64,000 nt of DNA, taken from assembly GCA_030390025.1 (NCBI GenBank), contig CM059431.1, positions 144,710,001-144,774,000 of the forward strand, written 5' to 3'. Origin of the DNA: Squalus acanthias (Eukaryota). Below the pieces are notes generated by a model that worked only from the letters and a program-made list of their open reading frames with translations, was not told where the DNA came from and ran no database searches. Shown here piece by piece: positions 36,341 through 46,400 of this stretch (position 1 is its first letter; each line of letters begins with the position of its first letter). The position numbers and the translations under genes are program-made.

Positions 36341-37096
36341 GAATAAAAGCTATCAAAGCTCCCATCCCACCGCCGTTCACTTTCCAAGCTCAGAAACTGT
36401 TGCTTACTGCAGTTGGAAGACAGATTGAGATTTATGCAGCTTGCAAATGTTCGGAGCACACTCTCTATCCATAGTCCCCTCACTGCAACAACATCTCTCA
36501 TCATTGACAGATTGCTTCTATTACATCAGAATGGGTACGGTTTATACTGTCTCACCTTGGTCCTCAGAATCAGACCATGATCAGCCCCAACACCATCAGC
36601 ACCAGGCACACCAGCAGCACCAAGAACCACACCAACCTTCTCCGCCATCACCTGATGCTGCACCAGACAGAGGACATCAGCATCCGAGCACATTGTAGCC
36701 TGGGACGCCAGAGATGGCCTCATCAAGGCCAGATTTACTGCACTTGACGCTGCCACATGATGCGCCAGGTTGGCACCACCCCATAACAACAACATAAAGC
36801 ATCCCTACAATGCCCAAGCCAGTCCTTTCACACTCATCAGTATTGCAGGGGGTACTGTTATGTCTCACCATTCACTGCAACTCACTAAGCCACTTCCAAA
36901 CTTGCACACAGATCTGTCCAAGAAAGGAATGTATTGAAAATAAAGATTTCAATGTTTGACAGCACATTAACAGAAACTTCACATGAACATTGGCTAAAAC
37001 ACCCAAGTGCCTTCCCTTTGTGCGTTGTTAGTTGTTATGATTGGACGAAGATGAATGTGAGTGTGCGTGGTGGCTGGTGAGATGGGGATGTGATAA

Positions 37097-39670
37097 GTAA
37101 GAGCTTCTACAGGTAATTAAAAAGGAAGAGAGTAGCTGAAGTAAACGTTGGTCCTCTATAGGATGAGTCTGTGGAATTAATAATGGGAAACAGGGAAATG
37201 GTGGAGACTTTGAACAAATATTTTGTATCGGTCTTCACGTTAGAAGTCACGAAAAGCATCCCACTAATGGATAATCAAGGGACTATTGGGGTGGAGGGTA
37301 ACTTAAAACAATCACTTTCACTAGAGAGAAAGTACGAGGCAAACTAATGGGACTAAACGTGGACAAGTCCCTTGGACCCGACGGCCTGCATACAAGAGTC
37401 TTAAAAAAGGTGTCTGCAGAGATACGGGATGCATTGGTTGTAATCTACCAAAATTCCCTGGATTCTGGAGAGGTCCCAGCAGACTGTAAAACTGCAAATG
37501 TAACGCCACTATTCAAGAAAGAAAGGAGACAGAAACCAGGCAACTACAGTATTGACCAGTTAGCCTAACATCTGTCATTGGGAAAATGCTGGAGTCCATC
37601 ATTAAGGAAATGATAGCAGGACATTTAGAAAATCATAATGGGCCAGAAATTCGGGTCGGAGGCTTCCTGCGGGTACAAGCCCCCAACCTGCACTTACCTA
37701 GCGCGCCTGCCCTTGTGTCTGGGCCCGCTTGGAATTCCGATCCTGGGCCTCCTCCAGCTGCCGGCGCGCAGTGGTCGCGTATCCCAGCGGCGCAGTTAGT
37801 TCGAAGCGTCCCCTAGGATCACGTGGGCCATGGAGAGCCAATCAGAGCAGGGAATCTCCATTCATAGATTTGACAGGAAGACCTGTCAAATCTATGAATA
37901 GAGATCGGCCCGAAAACCTCACTAAAACTTCAAATGAATTAACAAAAAAAATCACATTTTAAAAATAACTATAAATTATACAAAATAACTATTTTAAACA
38001 ATAATTTAAATTTTTGAAAAAATTAATTGCAGTTTTTAACGGGGCTAAAATAAACTTACCTTTCTTTAAAGTATTTAAAAATAATAAACCTGTGGAAATT
38101 TTTTTAATTTTAGTTAATTCACCTCTTACCTTGTTAAAAGCTGGCCTTGCGCCTGCTTTTTCCCCGCGCAGCTGCCAGGGACTTACCCGCACGGAGAAAC
38201 CTGTAAAAAAAAAGCGGAAGTTCGCTGTGTGCGCGCTGCCTCCCCCGCACACGCGGTTGAGCTCCGAACCCCTTCCTTCAAGGGAACGGAAGTTCCGGTT
38301 TCCCGTGCATGCGCAGTGGGGACCCGAATTTCTGCCCCAATATAGTCAAGCAGAGTCAGCATGGTTTTATGAAAGTGAAATCATGTTTGACAAATTTTCT
38401 GGAGTTCTTTGAGGATGTAACGAGCAGGGTGGATAAAGGGGAACCAATAGATATCGTGTATTTGGATTTCCAGCAGGCATTCGATAAGGTGCCACATACA
38501 AGGCTGCTATACAATATAAGAGCTCAGGGGGTTGGGGGTAATATATCAGCATGGATAGAGGATTGGCTAACTGACAGAAAACAGAGAGTCAGGATAAAAG
38601 GGTCAATTTCAGGTTGGCAAACTGTAACTAGTGGGGTGCGGCCGGGATCAGTGCTAGGGCCTCAACTATTTACAATCTATATTAATGACGTGGATGAAGG
38701 GACCGAGTGTAATGTAGCCAAATTTGCTGATGATCCAAAGAGAGTTGGGAAAGCAAATTGTAAGGAGGACGCAAAGAATCTGCAAAGGGATATAGATAGG
38801 CTAAGTGAGTGGACAGGAATCTGGGAGATGGAGTATTATTTGTTAAAATGCGAGGTTATCCACTTTGGTAGGAAAAATGAAAAAGCAAATTATTATTTAA
38901 ATGAGGAGGGATTCCAAAATGCTGAGGTACAGAGGGATCTGGGGATCCTTGTACACGAATCACAAAAAGTTAGCATGCAGGCACAGCAAGTAATTAGGAA
39001 GACAAATGGAGTGCTGGCCTTTATTGCAAAGGGAATGTAGTATAAAAGTAGGGAAGTCTTATTACAACTGTACAGGATGTTGGTGAGACCACACCTGGAG
39101 TACTGCGTACAGTTTTGGTTTCCTTATTTAAGGAAGGATATACTTGCATTGGAGGCAGTTCTGAGAAGGTTCACAAGGTTGATTCTGGAGATGAAAGGGT
39201 TGTCTTATGAAGAAAGGTTGGGCCTATACTCATTGGAGTTTAGAAGAATGAGAGGGGATGTTATTGAAACATATAAGATTCTGAAGGGGCTTGACAGGGT
39301 AGATGTTGAGAGGATGTTTCCCCTCGGGGGGGGGGGGCGGTGGGGGGGGGACCTAGAACTCGTGGGCACAGTCTCAGAATAAGGAGTCGCCCATTTAAAA
39401 CAGATAAGGAGGAATTTCTTCTCTCAGATGGTCGTGAATCTGTGGAATTCTCTGCCCCAGAGAGATGTGGAGGCTGTGTCATTGAACATATTTAAGGCGG
39501 AGATAGACAGATTTTTGAATGGTAAGTGAGCCAAGGGTTAAGGGGAGCGGGCAAGGAATTGGAGTTGAGGCCACGATCAGATCAGCTATGATCTTATTGA
39601 ATAGCAGAGCAGGGTCGAGGGGCCAAATGACCTCCTCCTGCTCCTTCGTCTTATGTTCTTAGGTTCTTAT
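37097..39670 (+). mobile_element. CR1 LINE (RT and tail), disrupted and split by a MITE
   Basis: QHGFMKVKSCLTNF, YLDFQQAFDKVPH, GSVLGPQLF, FADD, LVRPHLEYCVQFW; (TTCTTATG)-like tail. Confidence 0.93.
37640..38338. mobile_element. 699-bp non-autonomous DNA transposon (MITE), probably Harbinger superfamily
   Basis: 18-bp TIRs GGGCCAGAAATTCGGGTC / GACCCGAATTTCTGCCCC (17/18 match); 3-bp TSD AAT on both sides; excision restores CR1 HLENHN-IVKQSQHGF. Confidence 0.9.
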
Positions 39671-40426
39671 AATGTAGATAGACAGAGAGGGATGGGTGGA
39701 GGTGCAAGGTAAGTTGATGGGGATAAGGATGTGCAGGAGTAGGGTAGGGAAGGCCGAGTGATGAGTGACACAGCAGGATGAGGCTGAGTGTGGCTTTGCA
39801 GTAAAGTTTTGTGATCAACTGATATCATTGAAATGGTTGCGCTACTGCAGCCTCATCCTCCTGACGACATTCCTGCTTGTGTCCTCCTGTGCAATGTGCA
39901 ACCAGGCTGTGTTGGTCTCCTGGGGAGATCTCTTCTGCCCATTGGAAGGGAAGGAAACCTCCCTGCGTGCTGTGACTCCCTCCATAAGCATATGGAGGGA
40001 GTTATGGGAGAGCCTGGGTGCAGCCGTGCTCCTCTGTGCAGAGGTTGTCAGCGTTTGCAGCACCTCAATACTATAGAACACTGACATCACAATGGTCAAA
40101 CTCAATTTGGCCATTGGCCTTTCAAGGAAACGGGCTGCTGGCGCGTCCTCAATGACGTCATCAGACCTGCTTCCTCTAATTGGTCGGGAAACGCGATGGG
40201 CGGGTCTTAACCAGCCAATCAAGGGAAAGTCTTTCTACAGAGCGGGGCCATGACCCGCCACCGACCCCGGCCGCACCCGACCCGCCAAGGTAGGGAAATT
40301 GCGTGGGGAAACCGGGTTATTAATTTCCTGAAGTACTTTCAGAGATTGCTATGATATCCGAGAGAGAAAAATATAACAGATCCGGGGTTTGATTCAGTTT
40401 GTTTCTCACTCTCTGTTTGTGTTTAG

Positions 40427-40513
40427 ACTGGGGAACAATAAACTGGGAGATTCAGGAGTGAAACTAGTGTCTGCGGCTCTGAGGAACCCGGAATGTAAAA
40501 TACAGGAACTGGA
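40427..40513 (+). CDS. NLR LRR exon 6 (87 nt)
   Basis: tttag/GTAAGT boundaries, phase 2 to 2; [28 protein letters not shown]. Confidence 0.9.
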
Positions 40514-40656
40514 GTAAGTACCACACTGTGTGAGATTGTGTTCATGATAACTGGATGTCTGACACTGTACATTATTAATAGTATCTGTAATAGTGTTATT
40601 TATAGACTCTGGGGATTTCCTCTGGTTCCTGCTATTTCTCTCTCTCTGATCCCCAG

Positions 40657-40827
40657 GCTGTATGATGTCAGTCTCACAGGTTCTTGTGCCGAGGATCTCG
40701 CCTCCGCTCTCAGTACAAACCGCTCACTGACGGATCTGTATCTGGGTAATAATAAATTGGGAGATTCAGGAGTGAAACTAGTGTCTGCGGCTCTGAGGAA
40801 CCCAGACTGTAAAATACAGGAACTGTG
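40657..40827 (+). CDS. NLR LRR exon 7 (171 nt, intact)
   Basis: ccccag/[62 protein letters not shown], an RI-type 28/29 pair. Confidence 0.93.
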
Positions 40828-40969
40828 GTAAGTACCAGACTGTGTGAGATTGTGTTTATAATAACTGGATGTCTAACACTGTACATTATTATTAGTATCA
40901 GTAATAGAGTTATTAATAAACACTGGGGATTGACTCTGATTCCTGTTATTTCTCTCTCTTTGATCCCAG

Positions 40970-41127
40970 TCTATGGGATGTCGGTCTCACAGATTCTTGT
41001 GCCGAGGATCTCGCCTCCGCTCTCAGCTGACGGAGCTGAACCTGAGTAAGAATAAACTGGGAGATTCAGGAGTGAAACTATTGTCTGTTGCTCTGAGGAA
41101 CCCGGACTGTAAAATACAGCAACTGCA
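40970..41127 (+). pseudogene. NLR LRR exon 8 (158 nt; 13-nt deletion, frameshift)
   Basis: Lacks tacaaaccgctca after 41026 relative to its sister exons. Confidence 0.9.
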
Positions 41128-41268
41128 GTAAGTACCAGACTGTGTGAGATTGTGTTTATAATAACTGGATGTCTGACACTGTACATTATTATTCGAATCA
41201 GTAATAGAGTTATTAATAAACTCTGGGGATTTACCCTGATTCCTGTTATTTCTCTCTCTGAACCCCAG

Positions 41269-41438
41269 GCTGGATTTTGTCGGTCTCACAGATTCTTGTG
41301 CCGGGGATTTCGTCTCCGCTCTCAGTACAAACCGCTCACTGACGGTTCTGAATCTGGGTAATAATAAACTGGGAGATTCAGGAGTGAAACTACTGTCTGT
41401 GGCTCTGAGGAACCGGACTGTAAAATACAGAAACTGCG
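41269..41438 (+). pseudogene. NLR LRR exon 9 (170 nt; 1-nt deletion)
   Basis: aaccggac instead of aacccggac near 41411-41418. Confidence 0.88.
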
Positions 41439-41468
41439 GTAAGTACCAGACTGTGAGATTATGTTTAT

Positions 41469-42422
41469 TCTTCTCTTCTTAGGCATTCCCTCGGAACCGA
41501 GGATGACTTGCTTCCACATTAAAAATGAGTTCTCAGGTGACTGATGTGTCCAATGCGGGACCTACAGTCTCTGTCACAGGTGGGGCAGACGGTGGTTGAA
41601 GGGGCGGGTGGGTGGGGTGCTAGGGTTGACGTGCGCTCCTTGCGCTGCTTGCGCTGGGCTTCCGCTTGCTCCCGGCGAAGAGACTCGAGGTGTTTGGCGC
41701 CTTCCCGGATGCTTCTCCTTCACTTTGTGCGGTCTTGGGCCAGGGATTCACAGGTGTCGGTGGGGATGTTACACTTTTTCAAGGAGGCTTTGAGGGTGTC
41801 CTTGAAGCGTTTCCTCTGCCCACCTAGGGCTCTCTTGCCGTACCAGAACTCCGAGTAGAGCGCTTGTTTTGGGAGTCTCGTATCGGGCATGCGGACAATG
41901 TGACCCGTCCATCGGAGCTGATCGAGCGTGGTCAAAGCTTCGATGCTGGGGATGTTGGCCTGAGCAAGAACTCTGACGTTGGTGCGCCTATTCTGCCAAT
42001 GGATTTGCAGGATCTTGCGGAGGCAGCGTTGGTGGTACCTCTCCAGTGCTTTACATGGTCCATGTCTCTGAGGCATACAGCAGGGCGGGTATCACTGCTG
42101 CTCTGTAGACCATGAGCTTAGTGCCGGGTTTGAGGTCCTGGTCTTCAAACACTCTCTTCCTCACGCGACAGAAGGCTGCACTGGCACACTGAAGGCGGTG
42201 TTGGACTTCGTCATCGACGTCTGCCCTTGTTGACAGTAGGCTCCTGAGGTATGGAAAGTGGTCCACGTTATCCAAGGCCTTGTCGTGGATTTTGATAATC
42301 GGGGGGCAGTACTGTGTGGCGGGGGCAGGTTGGTAGAGGACCTTTGTCTTACGGATGTTTAGTGTAAGGCCCATGCTCTCGTACGCTTCGGTGAAGGTGT
42401 TGACGATGGTTTGGAGTTCGAC
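41469..42422 (-). mobile_element. 5'-truncated RTE-clade LINE
   Basis: GLTLNIRKTKVL, VDHFPYL, YRAAVIPALLYASETWT, QLRWTGHIVRMPDTRLPKQALY, GGQRKRFKDTLK; short AAG-rich 3' tail. Confidence 0.92.
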
Positions 42423-42542
42423 CTCCGCTCTCGGTACAAACCGCTCACTGACGTTTCTGAATATGGGTAATAATAAACTGGGAGATTCAGGAGTGAAACT
42501 ACTGTCTCTGAGGAACCCGGACTGTAAAATACAGAAACTGCG
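42423..42542 (+). pseudogene. Partial LRR exon copy lacking an acceptor (part of the duplication flanking the RTE)
   Basis: [40 protein letters not shown] with a GTAAGT donor, fused to the RTE 5' truncation point. Confidence 0.85.
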
Positions 42543-42683
42543 GTAAGTACCAGACTGTGAGATTGTGTTTATAATAATTGGGTGTCTAACAGAGTACAAT
42601 ATTATTAGAATCAGGAATAGTATTATCAATAAACACTGGGGATTTATTCTGATTCCTGTTATTTCTCTCTCCCTGATCCCCAG

Positions 42684-42851
42684 GCTGCGTGATGTCGGTC
42701 TCACAGATTCTTCTGCCGAGGACCTCGCCTCCGCTCTTAGTACAAACCGCTCACTGACGGGTCTGAATCTGGAATCAAACTCCTTCACAGACCAATCTGT
42801 CCCCGCTCTCCGCCATCTCATACTGACATGCAGGAGTCTGGAGCGGATCCG
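42684..42851 (+). CDS. NLR LRR exon 10 (168 nt, intact)
   Basis: ccccag/[61 protein letters not shown]. Confidence 0.92.
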
Positions 42852-43022
42852 GTGAGTGTTTGTGTTAATGTTTAATGTAATAAATGAAATATAAATGGAT
42901 TCAGTCACTTTTATGGGTAATATTTGTCTGTAATTATTATTGAAATATTAACCCCAGTCTCCCTGTTACTTACACTGTTGTTCAATCTGTTTATTTACTG
43001 TTTAATCTTTAATCTGGTTCAG

Positions 43023-43110
43023 GCTGTTGGGGAATCAGTTCAGTTCAAATGGAAAGAATAAGCTGGAGTCGCTGCGGGGATCCAGACGTGGACTGAGAGT
43101 GGATGTGTGA
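43023..43110 (+). CDS. NLR terminal coding exon 11
   Basis: ttcag acceptor, phase 2; LLGNQFSSNGKNKLESLRGSRRGLRVDV* completes an LRR strand. Confidence 0.82.
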
Positions 43111-43459
43111 ACATTTCAATTGATGACCATCACTGGTCTTATAATATGACCATTTTTGGCTGAATTTCTGACCCTTCCCTTTAAGTGGCCGCGCTCCGGG
43201 TTTAAATCCTATCGGCCCCTTTAAGTGTTTCCAGCTCGAGCTGAGCGAGCATCATCTCCCATTGTGAGGTCAGAGGCCCAGCCACAGGGTCACGAGAATC
43301 AGCCGCCCGGCCCCACAGTGCTGCTTCTGCAGGATATCCGGGGCTGAATGTTCCCCAATGGGGCACTGAGGAAATGCACAAACAGGAAGGGCCCAGGGTG
43401 GTGCTCAGTCTGGGCTGCAGTGGGACACTGACAATCTCACTCAGTATTGCTGGGTGTCT

Positions 43460-46400
43460 CAGTGAGGGGTCAGACTCTGTAACAAGTGTCCCTGTGTACA
43501 GTGTGTGTCTCTCCCAGTGAGGAGTCAGTCTCTGTAACAAGTGTCCCTGTGTACAGTGTGTGTCTCTCCCAGTGAGGAGTCAGTCTCTGTAACAAGTGTC
43601 ACTGTGTACAGTGTGTGTCTCTCCCAGTGAGGAGTCAGACTCTGTAACAAGTGTCCCTGTGTACAGTGTGTGTCTCTCCCAGTGAGGAGTCAGACTCTGT
43701 AACAAGTGTCCCTGTGTACAGTGTGTGTCTCTCCAGTGAGGAGTCAGACTCTGTAACAAGTGTCCCTGTGTACAGTGTGTGTCTCTCCCAGTGAGGAGTC
43801 AGACTCTGTAACAAGTGTCCCTGTGACAGTGTGTGTCTCTCCCAGTGAGGAGTCAGACTCTGTAACAAGTGTCCCTGTGTACAGTGTGTGTCTCTCCCAG
43901 TGAGGAGTCAGACTCTGTAACAAGTGTCCCTGTGTACAGTGTGTGTCACTCCCAGTGAGGAGTCAGACTGTAACAAGTGTCCCTGTGTACAGTGTGTGTC
44001 TCCCCCAGTGAGGAGTCAGACTCTGTAACAAGTGTCCCTGTGTACAGTGTGTGTCTCTCCCAGTGAGGAGTCAGACTCTGCAACAAGTGCCCCTGTGTAC
44101 AGTGTGTCTCCCAGTGAGGAGTCAGACTCTGTAACAAGTGTCCCTGTGTACAGTGTGTGTCTCTCCCAGTGAGGAGTCAGACTCTGTAACAAGTGTCCCT
44201 GTGTACAGTGTGTGTCTCTCCCAGTGAGGAGTCAGACTCTGTAACAAGTGTCCCTGTGTACAGTGTGTGTCTCTCCCAGTGAGGAGTCAGACTCTGTAAC
44301 AAGTGTCCCTGTGTACAGTGTGTGTCTCTCCCAGTGAGGAGTCAGACACTGTAACAAGTGTCCCTGTGTACAGTGTGTGTCTCTCCCAGTGAGGAGTCAG
44401 ACTCTGTAACAAGTGTCCCTGTGTACAGTGTGTGTCTCTCCCAGTGAGGAGTCAGACTCTGTAACAAGTGTCCCTGTGTACAGTGTGTGTCTCTCCCAGT
44501 GAGGAGTCAGACTCTGTAACAAGTGTCCCTGTGTACAGTGTGTGTCTCTCCCAGTGAGGAGTCAGACTCTGTAACAAGTGTCCCTGTGTACAGTGTGTGT
44601 CTCTCCCAGTGAGGAGTCAGACTCTGTAACAAGTGTCCCTGTGTACAGTGTGTGTCTCTCCCAGTGAGGAGTCAGACTCTGTAACAAGTGTCCCTGTGTA
44701 CAGTGTGTGTCCTCCCAGTGAGGAGTCAGACTCTGTAACAAGTGTCCCTGTGTACAGTGTGTGTCTCTCCCAGTGAGGAGTCAGACTCTGTAACAAGTGT
44801 CCCTGTGTACAGTGTGTGTCTCTCCCAGTGAGGAGTCAGACTCTGTAACAAGTGTCCCTGTGAACAGTGTGTGTCTCTCCCAGTGAGGAGTCAGACTCTG
44901 TAACAAGTGTCCCTGTGTACAGTGTGTGTCTCTCCCAGTGAGGAGTCAGACTCTGTAACAAGTGTCCCTGTGTACAGTGTGTGTCTCTCCCAGTGAGGAG
45001 TCAGACTCTGTAACAAGTGTCCCTGTGTACAGTGTGTGTCTCTCCCAGTGAGGAGTCAGACTCTGTAACAAGTGTCCCTGTGTACAGTGTGTGTCTCACC
45101 CAGTGAGGAGTCAGACTCTGTAACAAGTGTCCCTGTGTACAGTGTGTGTCTCTCCCAGTGAGGAGTCAGACTCTGTAACAAGTGTCCCTGTGTACAGTGT
45201 GTGTCTCTCCCAGTGAGGAGTCAGACTCTGTAACAAGTGTCCCTGTGTACAGTGTGTGTCTCTCCCAGTGAGGAGTCAGACTCTGTAACAAGTGTCCCTG
45301 TGTACAGTGTGTGTCTCTCCCAGTGAGGAGTCAGACTCTGTAACAAGTGTCCCTGTGTACAGTGTGTGTCTCTCCCAGTGAGGAGTCAGACTCTGTAACA
45401 AGTGTCCCTGTGTACAGTGTGTGTCTCTCCCAGTGAGGAGTCAGACTCTGTAACAAGTGTCCCTGTGTACAGTGTGTGTCTCTCCCAGTGAGGAGTCAGA
45501 CTCTGTAACAAGTGTCCCTGTGTACAGTGTGTGTCTCTCCCAGTGAGGAGTCAGACTCTGTAACAAGTGTCCCTGTGTACAGTGTGTGTCTCTCCCAGTG
45601 AGGAGTCAGACTCTGTAACAAGTGTCCCTGTGTACAGTGTGTGTCTCTCCCAGTGAGGAGTCAGACTCTGTAACAAGTGTCCCTGTGTACAGTGTGTGTC
45701 TCTCCAGTGAGGAGTCAGACTCTGTAACAAGTGTCCCTGTGTACAGTGTGTGTCTCTCCCAGTGAGGAGTCAGACTCTGTAACAAGTGTCCCTGTGAACA
45801 GTGTGTGTCTCTCCCAGTGAGGAGTCAGACTCTGTAACAAGTGTCCCTGTGTACAGTGTGTGTCTCTCCCAGTGAGGAGTCAGACTCTGTAACAAGTGTC
45901 CCTGTGTACAGTGTGTGTCTCTCCCAGTGAGGAGTCAGACTCTGTAACAAGTGTCCCTGTGTACAGTGTGTGTCTCTCCCAGTGAGGAGTCAGACTCTGT
46001 AACAAGTGTCCCTGTGTACAGTGTGTGTCTCTCCCAGTGAGGAGTCAGACTCTGTAACAAGTGTCCCTGTGTACAGTGTGTGTCTCTCCCAGTGAGGAGT
46101 CAGACTCTGTAACAAGTGTCCCTGTGTACAGTGTGTGTCTCTCCCAGTGAGGAGTCAGACTCTGTAACAAGTGTCCCTGTGTACAGTGTGTGTCTCTCCC
46201 AGTGAGGAGTCAGACTCTGTAACAAGTGTCCTGTGTACAGTGTGTGTCTCTCCCAGTGAGGAGTCAGACTCTGTAACAAGTGTCCCTGTGTACAGTGTGT
46301 GTCTCTCCCAGTGAGGAGTCAGACTCTGTAACAAGTGTCCCTGTGTACAGTGTGTGTCTCTCCCAGTGAGGAGTCAGACTCTGTAACAAGTGTCCCTGTG

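Larger units (their letters stand above)
35330..40310 (-). mobile_element. Harbinger-associated element copy B with Myb/SANT-like relic, fragmented by nested insertions
   Basis: APRLSHNSLHMLMEGVTARREVSFPSNGQKRSPQETNTAWLHIAQEDTSRNVVRRMRLQ*RNHFND at 39825-40030; homologous to copy A; outer boundaries uncertain. Confidence 0.65.
14001..43110 (+). pseudogene. NLR-family gene (CARD-like, FISNA-like, NACHT, LRR; NLRP3/NLRC3-like), disrupted, probable young pseudogene
   Basis: 11 phase-compatible GT-AG exons from a Kozak ATG (14001) to TGA (43108-43110); premature TGA at 33250, frameshifts of -13 and -1 in LRR exons, RTE insertion. Confidence 0.88.

Noticed and set aside
35330..40310. gggaaatt-type motifs at 35330 and 40293 as TIRs
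   Set aside because: They are in direct rather than inverted orientation, so the element termini could not be fixed.
42051..42908. 285-aa minus-strand ORF
   Set aside because: A chimera of antisense LRR exon/intron sequence running into the RTE frame; not a gene.
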